This document shows positions 23,678 through 35,109 of a stretch of 64,000 bases of DNA, piece after piece (within the stretch, counting starts at the first letter, position 1; each line of letters starts with the position of its first letter). This stretch comes from Carcharhinus longimanus (lineage: Eukaryota): positions 56,706,785 through 56,770,784 of the forward strand of contig JASCQW010000098.1 in the NCBI GenBank assembly GCA_030264375.1. Direction: 5' to 3'. The translations under genes and the position numbers were made by a program. The notes beneath the pieces are model-generated. The model searched no databases and was not told the DNA's origin. It saw only the letters and a list, made by a program, of their open reading frames with translations.

Positions 23678-23861
23678 CTACCAAATAAATCTGTTGGACT
23701 TTAACCTGGTGTTGTAAGTGATTTGTGGAAATGGAAATAATTAATGATTTCTAAACAATACTGGAAAGGAATTTGGAGGGATGAAATTTGCAGGGCAACA
23801 GAATTGAGTGAGGAAATGGGACTGACTGGATTATTCTGCAGAGAGTCAGTACAGACTCAAT

Positions 23862-23990
23862 GGGCAGAATCTTACAACTGTTCACACTGACGGGATTTTT
23901 CCATCCAGCTGCAATGAATGGAGATTTGGTTGGCCTCCAAATTCTCTGACCTCAAGGCAGCAGGAGTGAATGGGTTGCACAATCACATCC
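23862..23990. mobile_element. Small Harbinger-type MITE
   Basis: GGGCAGAATCTTAC ... GCACAATCACATCC with TSD AAT, inserted in the CR1 tail. Confidence 0.65.
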
Positions 23991-24702
23991 AATAGATGCA
24001 ATCAGTAGCATCCTCCTGTGTCGTAGTGACTTTATACCAGCCACCCAAAGCAGGAAAAGAACCATTAATCTAGTTTTGACCATAAAAAAGATGTTATTAG
24101 CTGTTGGTATGAATGATTCCAATGTTTCATGTCTGCACAGTTACAGACCATTGAACCTGTCCAAAACCTATAATTAGATGAAGAAAGGTTCAAATGTCTT
24201 CTTAAAATTTCACTGTTCCCTATTCAGCCATCCTCTGTGTGCATCCTCACCAAATCCTCTACAAGTTCTTAAATATTCTTCTGAAACATCCTGCTGTATA
24301 ACTCACTCCACCCAAACGCTACAATATCACCTCCATCCACTGTCACCGACCTGCAAACCCACCACCCCAGTATAACTGCCAAACAAATCCCCTGCATTGT
24401 TACCTATCAATCCCCACACTTCCATTGAAATCACCAGAGTAACTGACACTTGTTTCCTGGCTTGAGTGGTCTATCCATCATCTGTCCTGCTGTATTTTAG
24501 ATGACTTCCCACACACTTTTAATCCTTACCTCCTCCCCAAAAGCTTCTTTGATCCAGCTTTAGTTCCCTGCCTCCAATGCCTCACCTTCCACATTGCCTC
24601 CTTCTTGAAACCCTGGCCACTAGTCACACATAGTTAGTAAGACATCATTTGTTCTAAAACTTGTGCATCAACATAAGCAATGTCACAGGAGCAATAGTAT
24701 AT

Positions 24703-24841
24703 GGGGAATATTCTTGCCCCACCCAGCACAGCTATCGCAGTGGGTGGGGCGAGGGGGGAAGGCGGACTATTCAAAGGTCCGTTGGTTGACCTTGGATGGG
24801 AGTTTCCAGTTGTGGGACGAGCGCGCCGGAAAATCCCACCT
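24703..24841. mobile_element. Small Harbinger-type MITE (~130 bp family)
   Basis: AAAGGTCCGTTG..GACCT..GGAAAATCCCACC shared with 53130, 59525 and 61670. Confidence 0.75.
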
Positions 24842-25014
24842 AAAAAAGTATATTTGAGTTTATCTCTTACAAACTTGTCCATTATGTATTCTTATTTATA
24901 AAGGAATTATGCTTCTGTACACAGTAATTACACTGTGCCACCAATGATGGGCTGTAACACCATAACTACTGGAATGTCATAATTGCAACATGACAATTTT
25001 ACATAAACAATTGC

Positions 25015-25290
25015 CTTTGCAGATGACACCAAGATTAGTGGCAAAGTGGATAGTGAAGATGGTTATCTAGGATTACAATGGAACCTTGATCAATTGGGCC
25101 AGTGGGCTGATGAATGGCAGATGGAGTTTAATTTAGATAAAGCAAGGTGATGCATTTTGGTAGATCAAACCAGGGCAGGACTTATTCAGTTAATGGTAGG
25201 GTGTTGTGGCGAGTTATAGAATAAAGAGATCTAGGGTACAGGTTCATAGTTCCTTGAAAGTGAAGTCACAGGTGGACAGAGTGGTGAAGA
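25015..25290 (+). mobile_element. CR1 RT fragment
   Basis: FADDTKISGKVDSEDGYLGLQWNLDQLGQWADEWQMEFN. Confidence 0.9.
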
Positions 25291-25390
25291 NNNNNNNNNN
25301 NNNNNNNNNNNNNNNNNNNNNNNNNNNNNNNNNNNNNNNNNNNNNNNNNNNNNNNNNNNNNNNNNNNNNNNNNNNNNNNNNNNNNNNNNN

Positions 25391-25943
25391 GCCCATCCTG
25401 CCTTCACCAACAACAATGTCACCCGGGCCCTATCTCCATAACCCCACGTACTTACCCTGTTAATTTACCCTGAAACTTAGAGGCAATTTAGCATGGCCAA
25501 TCAACCTACGAGTAGCATAGTGGCACAGTGGTTAGCACAAATGCCTCACAGTGCCAGGGACCCGGATTCAATTCCCAGATCCTGTATGGAGTTTTCATTT
25601 TCTTTCCGTGTCTGTATGGGTTTCCTCCCACAGTGTGAACAACTGGGTTACGTGCATTGGCCATGCTAAATTCTCCCTCAACGTATCCTAATAGATGTTG
25701 GAGTGCGGCGACTCAGGAATTTTCACAGTAGCTTCACTGCAGTGTTAATGTCAGCCTATGTGTGACATGAATTAATGAACTTTAAACTGCACCTCTTTGG
25801 AGTGTGGGAGGAAAGCGACGCACTCAGAGGAAATCCACGCAGATGTGGGGAGAACGTGCAAACCCAGTTACCCGAGGCCGGAATTGAACCCGGGTCCCTG
25901 GTGCTGTGAGGCAGCGGCGATCCCCACTGTGCCACTGTGCCAT
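25391..25943 (-). mobile_element. HE1/V-SINE split by an antiparallel SINE
   Basis: GCATGGCCAATCAACCTA (to ~25509) resumes at ~25787 as CTGCACCTCTTTGGAGTGTGGGAGG..CCACTGTGCCAC. Confidence 0.85.
25511..25786 (+). mobile_element. HE1/V-SINE, tail type II, nested
   Basis: GTGGCACAGTGGTTAGCAC head and CAGTAGCTTCACTGCAGTGTTAATG tail. Confidence 0.85.
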
Positions 25944-26264
25944 CTGTTTAAGCTTGTTTTCCAGTAGGTTTACACTCCACTTTCCAGACATCACTACTCC
26001 TGTAAGCTATTCGCATCCTGGAATCACCATCATTTAACATGCTTCACTTTGATATTACCATTCTTTAATGGGAAAAAAAAAACAGGAGTTGAGTTGGATT
26101 TGCTCAGTGCTTGTGAAGCATTCCAGTGGGAGAGTTGGAGAAGAATTGGCCTGAATCTGGGTTATCCTGTGTCTGAGTGTGTGCTGGGAGTTCCCGTTAT
26201 TCCTACAACTTCATTGATAGCAAGGGGTTGGAGCTGGCTAGGGGCAGAGCCACAGCAGAACTGA

Positions 26265-26617
26265 GCAGCACAGTGGCACAGTGGTTAGCACTGCTGCCTC
26301 ACAGTGCCAGCGACCTGGGTTCGATTCCCAACTTGGGTCACTGTGTGGAGTTTTGCACATTCGCCCTGTGTCTGCGTGGGTTTCTTCCGGGTGCTCTGGT
26401 TTTTTTTGCCACAGTCCTAAAGATGTGTTGGTTGGGTGCATTGGCCATGCTAAGTTGATGCTTAGTGTGCCAAGTTATGTTGGTTAGGGGGCATTAGGGG
26501 TTATGGAGATTGGGCGGGCAGGTTGGTCTGTGTGTAGGCCTGGGTAAGGCGCTGAGTTGGTGCAGGCTTGAGGGGCTGAATAGCCTCCTTATGTACTGTA
26601 GGGATTCTATGATTCTA
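26265..26617 (+). mobile_element. HE1/V-SINE, tail type I
   Basis: Full head, V-domain, CTGTAGGGATTCTATGATTCTA end. Confidence 0.9.
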
Positions 26618-27095
26618 GCTGCATGCATATTATGTGCTAACCCTAGCAATATCTGATCAGGTCATTGTTGGAAGTTCCCTGATGACTCAAGCCCAGTGCT
26701 GAACGCCAGGATATCAATCCAAGGAATTCCCCAGTTCAGGGAAAGGTTGCCCATGTTTCATAGTAACTATATTGACAATGGATAGTGAGTCAATTTTCGA
26801 AAGTGCTTATGAACAAAACACTTACTGTGGAAACCTAGCAGCACAGAGGCACCCAAATATATCTCAGACCACAAGAGTTTGCACATTGAAAGGTGATACT
26901 TTACATTTTTTGGGCTGAAACCTCAAGAAAGTTCACCACATCATCTCAGCAATGACTCACAAACAACAAAACTCACAGGAAAGCTGTGTCTCACATGTGT
27001 AACACATTTGCTGCACTCATTGAACCACAAAATTAAAATTAGATTCCAACAAGTCAGTTTCATCAAAGCAATTGAAACAGCTTGATTTTAAAAAG

Positions 27096-27313
27096 TTTTT
27101 ACTCCATTCTTAAAGTTACAAAGCCAAAGTGCAGAGCGGACCAGGCAAGACTTCAATCCAAGTCCTTGTTTGCTCCAAAAATCAACTCAAATTCGACCCA
27201 ATTCATGGTGCCCACATGAGACACAACAAGATCTGAGCTGACAAGATAAGGCATTGCACGCGATCTTGGTCTTAATCTGATGCTTGATCTTAGTCAAAAG
27301 GCTGACAAGCGAT
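27096..27313 (-). mobile_element. Short retroposon with U2 snRNA-derived 5' end
   Basis: Minus strand starts ATCGCTTGTCAGCCTTTTGACTAAGATCAAG (28/31 identical to U2 nt 1-31), then ~185 nt non-U2 body ending GGAGTAAAAA. Confidence 0.75.
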
Positions 27314-27384
27314 TTAACAAATTAGCACTTCAAAAATATGCAACCTTGACACAACGGGCAGGCATGCTGGCTAATTTCCACCTT

Positions 27385-28245
27385 ATAGTTAAGAAAGCCC
27401 ACCAACACCTCTACTTTCTCAGAAGGCGAAAGAAATTTGGCATGCACCACAGTGGTTAGCACTGCTGCTTCACAGCGCCAGAGCCCTAGTTTCGATTCCT
27501 GGCTTGGGTCACTGACTGTGTGGAGTTGCATGTTCTCCCTGCGTCTGCATGGGTTTCCTCTGGGTGCTCTGGTTTCCTCCCACAGGTTGATTGGCATGCT
27601 AAAATTGCCCCTTAGTGTCCTGAGATGTGTAGATTAGACAGATTAGCGGGTGTGTAAGGGTAAGGGGTAGGGCGTGGATGGGATTGTGATTGGTGCAGAC
27701 TTGATGGGCCAGATGGCCTCTTTCCGCACTGTAGGGTTTCTATGTCCGCTACAACTCTCATCAACTTTTACAGATGCACCCACAGAAGGCATTCTTTCTG
27801 GCTGTATCACAAGTTGGTATGGCTCCTGCTCTGCCCAAGACTGCAAGGAACCACAAAGGGTTGTGAATGTAGCCCAGTCCATCGGTCAAACCAGCCTCCC
27901 ATCCATTAACTCTGTCAACATTTCCCACTGCCTTGGAAAAACAGTCAGCATAATTAAGAATATTCTCTCTTCCACCTTCTTCCTTCAGGAAAAAGATACA
28001 AAAGTCTGAGATCACGTGCCAACCGACTCAAGAATGGTTTCTTCCCTGCTGCCCTCAGACTTTTGAATGGACTTACTTTGCATTAAGCTGATCTTTCTCT
28101 ACACCCTAGCTATGACTGTAACACTACATTCCACACTCTCTTGTTTCCTTCTCTATGAACGATATGTTTTGTCTGTATAGCGTGCAAGAAACAATATTTT
28201 TTACTGTATATTAGTATATGTGACAATAATAAATCAAATCAAAAA
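27385..28245 (+). mobile_element. Rex1/Babar LINE 3' part, interrupted by a SINE
   Basis: IVKKAHQHLYFLRR.KKFGM | SATTLINFYRC..EGILSGCITSWYGSCSAQDCKEPQRVV; ends GTGACAATAATAAATCAAATC. Confidence 0.85.
27446..27744 (+). mobile_element. HE1/V-SINE, tail type I, nested in Rex1
   Basis: CAGTGGTTAGCACTGCTGC..CTGTAGGGTTTCTATG; interrupts the FGM|S codons. Confidence 0.9.
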
Positions 28246-28257
28246 AAAGTACTGTTT

Positions 28258-28780
28258 GTAGTACTGGTCACCCTATTATAGAAACAATATTATTAAACTC
28301 AAAAGATTCACTAGGATGCTACCAGGACTTTATGGTTTGAGTTATAAGGAGAGGCTGGACAAATGGGACTTTTTTTCCTTGGCGTGTAGGAGACTTAGGG
28401 GTGATCTTTTAAAAATCTATTAAATAATGAGAGGCATTGATAAGGTAGATAGTCAACATCTTTTCACAAATGTAGGGGAGTCTAAAACTCGAGGGTACTG
28501 GTTCAAGTTGAGGGGGGAGCAATACTAAAGGGTCCAGAGGGGTAACTTTTTCGCACACAGAGTGGTGAGCATCTGGAACAAGCTGCCAGAGATAATAGTA
28601 GAGGTGGTATAATTTTGTCTTTTAAAAAGCATTTAGACAATTACGTAGGTAAGATAGGTATAGAGGAATGTGGGCCAAACATGGGCAGTTCAGACCACCT
28701 AGCTTAGTGGTTTAAAAAAAAGACAGCATGAACAAGTTGGGCCGAAGGGCCTGTTTGCATGCTGTAAACCTCTATGACCC
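28258..28780 (+). mobile_element. CR1 3' end
   Basis: WSPYYR..RFTRMLPG..SYKERL..RLRGDL; tail GGGCCGAAGGGCCTGTT..CTCTATGAC. Confidence 0.9.
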
Positions 28781-29004
28781 TTTATAACTTTGGTCATAAC
28801 ATTTTACGTTGGCTGTATATGTACATATATAAATAAAAGGAATGAAACCAGAATGGATAACCTTACACATGGAAACTGAATTACATTGTGCACCCTATTA
28901 TTATTATCCCTGCCCCTCGTACCTTACTTACGTTAAAAAATAGATTTTGCCTTTGCTCACTGACTGCAGTGGTCCAGCTGTTTGTTTATTGGTTAAAACG
29001 CTAT

Positions 29005-29625
29005 CAAGATTGTAAATATAATTGCAATGGGACTCAAGGGAAAGTAGCACAATTGGAGTTTCTCATCAGCCATGAAAAATTTAATGTTATTATAGGAACT
29101 GAATCCAAATTTCACAAATATATTCACACTGTGAAAATATTTCCAACGGTTTCAAAGTAGATCATAAAGATAGATCAACGAAAGACAGAAGAGTCTTTAT
29201 CGCAGTCAAGAACTCAATTCCCAGTCTCACAAGACATGATTTGTCCTCAACCTTGAGTATGGAGTAGCCACTTGGGACCCATATATTGCTAAAAACATTA
29301 CCCTCCTTGAGAAAGTTCAATGCCAGGTAGCTCGCTTTATTATAAACAATTCCTCGTGAGATACCAGTGCCTCCCAGTTGGTCATGTTACGAGGCTGGCA
29401 CAATCTCCAGAACTGAAGAAAAGCCCCGAGGTTGACATGCCTCCATAAAATTTTGAATGAACAATGAAATATTTCTAAGCAGTAGAGAAAGCTCAAGAAT
29501 GACCTAACTTGCAGGGTTTACTACCAATCTCCCCCATCTCTATACATCCCAAAGTACCTTTTTTTGCTAATTCCTTTTTCCCCAAGAAAATTAAGGACTG
29601 CCACAACCTTGATTTCCAGGCCCTC
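29005..29625 (+). mobile_element. Internally deleted CR1-group LINE (APE endonuclease start joined to ORF2 C-terminus)
   Basis: NCNG..GKVAQLEFLISHEKFNVIIGTESK..IFP / NGFKVDHKDR....VFIAVKN, then directly LEYGVATWDPYIAKNITLLEKVQCQVARFI..GW.NLQN*RK..L.KILN and NSFFP. Confidence 0.8.
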
Positions 29626-30052
29626 TAAGGACTAATTTAAGGAAGACTTGTTGAACTTTTTAAATTTAATGTGACCATCGATTGCACTCATTGTGAACCT
29701 CCTGTGAAAATTCCCAGATGGAAGATTATAGAGGGAAACCTTACCAAATCCCAAGAATCGCCAAGAACAGCTTCCTTTCATACATGATAGCCAGCAGACT
29801 ATTACTTAATCAAAATATCGCATGGAGAGGACCAAACACATTCATCCGGATGCTTTCCATTTGTTACAAAATAGCTTTTTCTAGAGACTGGTAACTTTGA
29901 TTTTTTTTTTAAAATTGGAAATGCAATGCAGCTTTCTTTAAACAAAAAGTGAAAATCTAATTTGTAGCTTCAAATCAAAATGAAGTTCAAAAGATACTTT
30001 AGTATCAAGCCTGTGTCACTAACAGCCTTGGTGCTTAATATGACAACAATGT

Positions 30053-30252
30053 GGGCCAGGAGGTTTTGGTTGTTCACAGATGGATTCTTCTGGTCCTGCC
30101 GATGGTGTATTCCCATCATGGGTTTCCTGACAGAATGGGGTGGAGTTGATGGAAAATCCCTTTGACGACAGCAGGACCAGAAAATCCCGCCACTGGTCAA
30201 TATGCGCCACCTCCCGCCGCAAGAAACATGCTGTGGGGAAGCCAGAAAATTG
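30053..30252. mobile_element. Small Harbinger-type MITE
   Basis: Internal inverted TTCTGGTCCTGCCG / CAGCAGGACCAGAA and GAAAATCCCGCC motif shared with other MITEs. Confidence 0.55.
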
Positions 30253-30395
30253 TTAATGTTACTTGAAGGCTTCTGGGAATGCCTAGCTAGATGGTAACAT
30301 CTGGGCACCAAAAAGGTGGAGTAATTCTTGAGGCAGGTATCGTTGTCTTCCTCTTTCAAAAAATTATTTTCTTTATTTAACTCATGTTTTATTTA

Positions 30396-30680
30396 CATAA
30401 GAACATAAGAAATAGGAGCAGGAGTAGGCCATCTAGCCCTTCGAGCCTGCCCTGCCATTCAATAAGATNNNNNNNNNNNNNNNNNNNNNNNNNNNNNNNN
30501 NNNNNNNNNNNNNNNNNNNNNNNNNNNNNNNNNNNNNNNNNNNNNNNNNNNNNNNNNNNNNNNNNNNNCCGTCGCCTGCTGCAGTTTTTCGCCACGTAAG
30601 TAATAGTCCTTCCTACCATTATTCCTACCAAAGTGGACCACCTCGTACTTGCCAACATTAAATTCCATTTGCCAGTTTAC
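30396..30680 (-). mobile_element. CR1 fragment (tail plus RT end, across a gap)
   Basis: CATAAGAACATAAGAAATAGGAGCAGGAGTAGGCC tail; WQMEFNVGKYEVVHFGRNN. Confidence 0.9.
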
Positions 30681-31695
30681 AATATCAACACAATAAGAAA
30701 GGCTTGTTCCAGCAAGGCAGAACAAAAGTGATATACATAGCTTAGGAATGCCGAAACAAAGAATGTGACCACATTTCTGTTTTGTACCAACAGAGCAAGA
30801 AAGCACAAAAAAGAGCCAGCACTGGCTATGAGCGCAGCTTATTATTTATAGTGCAGAAGCAGTTTGCTGCAGACTGAGTTATCCCTGCTGACCATTTAAA
30901 ATCACATTTATCAATAAAAATAAATTACAGTCTGACACCAGTGGATACAGCATTCATTCCTTTTTTTGCTAATTAATCTGAGAGGAGGGTAGACTTTGAT
31001 CAGTCCTGTCTGTAGTGTGAATTTTGTCTCAAATGGGATTTTCAGAATTAAAATTCATTAGAGCAGCTGACATGTTCATCAACTTCAACTCAATGCTGTA
31101 TGTCTCAATTCAAGTGGAGTTTCAATGTAACTGATAGAGTTGTAGGCTTTTGAGATGCTTCTCTTTTGCAGGGAAACTACTGGATGTTATTGAGTGTTTT
31201 GTTTTATTGGTGTAAATGCAGTGGAAATGCAGACATTCGACTGGGGAGACTTGTTACTGGTATAAATGAAGAGGACCGTTTTATTCAAAGTGTAACTCCT
31301 TGAAATCGCAAAATAAATGTGAGAAAATGAAGGATGTAAGCCTTGTAATTGAAAGAAATTCCTTGAATGAAGAAGTAATCATAGCTCAAATACAAATATA
31401 TCTTAAGAGAGTTACAAGATATATAATACAGACACATCAACCATATATATTCGGATTTTACATTTTGATGAGTTTTTGGTGATTCCTGGAAAAATAAATG
31501 TGTATTTGAAAAGCATTTTGGTGCAGTATGACAGTCTTCTTGTTGAGTATTACAAAGGAGCATGCTTGGGGCAGGCATTATCATGCTGCTATTTAGTATC
31601 ATAATATGAGTTTGCTATTGAAAAGGATGGAATGGTAATATGAGTGACTGCAAGGCACCTTAGGTTCAATCTTACTTCAGAGTGGTTTGTAAAGT

Positions 31696-31942
31696 AGAAC
31701 ATAGAACATAGAACATAGAACATTACAGCGCAGAACAGGCCCTTCGGCCCACGATGTTGCGCCGACCANNNNNNNNNNNNNNNNNNNNNNNNNNNNNNNN
31801 NNNNNNNNNNNNNNNNNNNNNNNNNNNNNNNNNNNNNNNNNNNNNNNNNNNNNNNNNNNNNNNNNNNNATGTACACACACACCTAGATCCCTCTGTTCAT
31901 CCACACTATTCAAAGTCCTCCCGTTAGCCCTATACTCCACAC
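31696..31942 (-). mobile_element. CR1 fragment with (AGAACAT)n tail
   Basis: AGAACAT repeats plus GAACAGGCCCTTCGGCCCAC; YRANGRTLNSVDEQRDLGVCVH. Confidence 0.9.
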
Positions 31943-34071
31943 ATCACAAGTAAGTTTTGCTTGTTGCTTATGAGGTAGCAGTGATTTGTTTTTTTTTCCG
32001 TATGGTATTCCAGAATGTTTTAGAATTATGATGATTCATTTAGTTTTCATAGATTCTAGCTTTCAGTTGCTAGCAATGTAAGTGAGTGAGCACACAATTA
32101 TTTGCCTGATTTGTCTTCTGAAACTCCAAGTGACAAATGGAAAATTGGTTCTGATTGTATAATTTATAAGGATTAAGTTGTGTAATTAATGGTCTAAGGA
32201 GCATGTACCAAGCAAGTGTTTGTCTGGGCCAAGTGCATTTTATGCCATTTCTTATTGAGATACATAACTATGTGCTGCATAGCTTGCTTTAAAAATTTGC
32301 GTTCCACTCCTTTCTTCCTTCAATGGGAGCCTATTTTCAAAGCACAATAAGGGTCGTTAGCTATTATGCCAGTTATTTTTCTCCCCATTAAACCCATTCA
32401 TGTTGTATTTGAATTGTCAATGTCCTGTCACTGACTTTGAAACCTTAGTGAAATAAATTTCACCGTGAATGCATTTATGTCCTGGGAAATCCAGTTTAAG
32501 TGCTCAGAGAAAAAAATAATCGAGGCTTCAGAGCAATTTGAAAATTTGGCCAATCTTTCATCTCAACAATTGTCGAGTGTGAACATTAGGAATACTATCC
32601 AACATCATTATGCAAATACAGTAAATTCTTTTATTGCGCTATTCCTGGGTCCCATACAAAAAGAATGCTGTGAGGTGGATCAACTTCTAAGGAATACTCT
32701 ATGTGGGTTTCCTATTGATAGAGGACTTCTAAACAATATGTTACATGGTCATGGCATATCAGAGAGCCCTATAAAGGGGTTGGTTGTATTACCAGAGTTT
32801 TACGACAGTAATTTCATTGCAATGTGAATAGGGCCATTCTCTTCTTTATCTTTTAAAAGTTGCAGTCTGTGCACTCAGCACCATCCATCATTTTCTCGTC
32901 AGGAGGTCAGGGCATTACAGGCTCCTCAATGAAGTGCAATTAATGCTGCGCCATGGTCCGATGGCAAGAGCTGTGATACAGGTCGAGCTATTCAGTCAGT
33001 GGCCTTTTTTTTGTTTTTTGCCTCAAGACAGAGTGTTACTATCATATGGCACAGCAGCCAACAACCTGGCTTGAGGAATTGTAGTCCTCAGCTAGCTGAG
33101 GTAAATCTGAGAGATGGGCATCCTCTTAGCACTCTGTCATTGAACAACAAGATTGGACACTCAAGGCATTCATTCTATTTTCTGCCTGCATTTGTGTAAT
33201 CCATATAGACAGTTCATCATCATTTTGAATGGTATCCAGATCCAAATTGGCTGGATTTGGATTAATTGGAATGGTCCTGATTCATTCCATTTAAACTCAT
33301 TCGATTCTAAATAATCTTGTGTCCGATATTGATAATGGTGGTTTTAGGCTTTCTAAATAGTATTGTTGTTACTCCAAAAATCTACAGTTAATTTGTAAGC
33401 TTGATCTGCATAAGACGTTCAAGCATGCAGATTGATGAATTGCATATCCAATGTGTCAGTAACCTAAAGGCAATGTTTTTCAAATGCAGCATTTTGACAG
33501 GAAGAATCTCAGACTTACAATTTTCAGGAGTAAGAATGTGCCATTGCTTTAAGCTCTGAAATGAAAGTGCTGGAACTATAATATGTGCAAATGGTATTTT
33601 TTGAACTCCAGCAATGTTCTTGGTACATATCCACAAGCCTTATTTTCAAAATGTATTCTTTTCACCCCAAAAGAAACAAAGTAATGAAATACAGACAGCA
33701 CATGAAGGTAGAAATTCTATCTTCTCAGGTGTGCAGGTGTGCAGTATTTTGTTACCCCTGTTACAAGTTGGGTCAGAAATCTAGATCTATAGGGATACCA
33801 CTGGAACAACAGCACCCACCACTTCAACCAAGGGCATCTTGTATTCAAGGATAATGTTCAGTCAAGATGTACTTTGTATATTAAATACTGTGGCATTTAT
33901 TTACTTGCCAATTACAAGGATTTACGGTCTCACGGGTTCTTTCCCTATTTCTGCACTACTATCAAATAAAACTTCAGAATCTGTCAGTAGGTGCCAAAGG
34001 ATAACACTAACGGTATGGGCCCACCTTGAATAAACAAATATTTACTTTTTGAATCTCATCCTAAAAAGGTA

Positions 34072-35105
34072 GGGGGCAATTTTACCATATTTGTCTAAGT
34101 GCTGGGCAGACTTGAAACTGGGAGAGTTTCAGATCTGTCTTTTGGGCATGTTTTTTACCCCCCTACTCCACCTGCAGAGGGAGGTAGTGTGGGCCTCTGA
34201 TGCTGCACATGCACATTAGCAGTGGCAGGGCTCTGACTGACAAAGAAAGAGCTGTCAGGCCACTGCTAATGCAGACAGCCTGAAGCAGCTCCCCCTCTGC
34301 AATCAAGGAGGCCCGTGGCCTGAGATACAGTCACCGCCGACTCCCCCATCACCCAAACTAATTGTGGACCACCTCCCTCCCCCACCAATCATGGCCCAAC
34401 TGCCCTGCCCACCACCGATNNNNNNNNNNNNNNNNNNNNNNNNNNNNNNNNNNNNNNNNNNNNNNNNNNNNNNNNNNNNNNNNNNNNNNNNNNNNNNNNN
34501 NNNNNNNNNNNNNTGAATGGCGGGGCAGGCTCGAAGGGCTAGATGGCCTACTCCTGCTCCTATTTCTTATGCTCTTATGTTCTTATGCCCCCTATTGGCC
34601 CCCATTCCCACTTGCCCATCCCCCATAAGACCCACCTCCACTGACCCCTCCCCCACTAGCCCCACCCTGACATTGGCCAGTGGGCATTGCCCAGGTGCCA
34701 GGGTGGCACTGCCTAAGGGGCATCCACCTTGCCCTCGGCATCCCCAGGGAGTCCTCAATGGCCTCCGACTCCACCGGCAAGGCCAAGTTGACTGCTCCCT
34801 GCTCGTGGGGAGCATGTCTATTCCTCACTGGTGAGGACCTTTTCTAGCGAGGTCATGAAGGAGGCGAGTCTGGACGATTGAGGCAGGCTCGCTAATGACG
34901 TATAAATGCTTCCTTACATAAATTTCAATACATTAACCTGCCTGTCATCCATTTCAGGCAAGAGGCTGACCCCGCCGGAAATCTGGCACTCGTAAAATGG
35001 CGTCAGTATTGAAAACTGGCGCCAATCACACTAATCGCTTTATGCCCCACTTTACGACCATGTCGCGCCCGAAAACGGGTGTAATGCGATGGTAAAATCA
35101 CTTCC
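34072..35105. mobile_element. Harbinger-type non-autonomous element (9561 family) containing a CR1 tail at 34514-34586
   Basis: GGGGGCAATTTTACCAT / ATGGTAAAATCACTTCC; GGCAGACTTGAAACTGGGAG shared with 9595. Confidence 0.8.
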
Positions 35106-35109
35106 ATAA

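Larger units (their letters stand above)
23522..23714. mobile_element. Penelope-like family B palindromic insertion with twin hammerheads
   Basis: ~72-bp inverted arms centred on TGAGTCA; perfect 13-bp TSD TAAGTGATTTGTG (23509-23521, 23715-23727). Confidence 0.85.
22380..24030 (+). mobile_element. CR1 LINE, RT to 3' end, decayed, with two nested insertions
   Basis: QHGFVNGRSCLANLIEFFD, MDF.K, KFVD..KL motifs; tail split at CAGACTCAAT. Confidence 0.85.

Noticed and set aside
27283-27313. Functional U2 snRNA gene
   Set aside because: Only nt 1-31 are present, with 3 substitutions; no branch-recognition region or Sm site
32946-32968. REST/RE1-like motif
   Set aside because: Only about 12 of 21 positions match, with core mismatches
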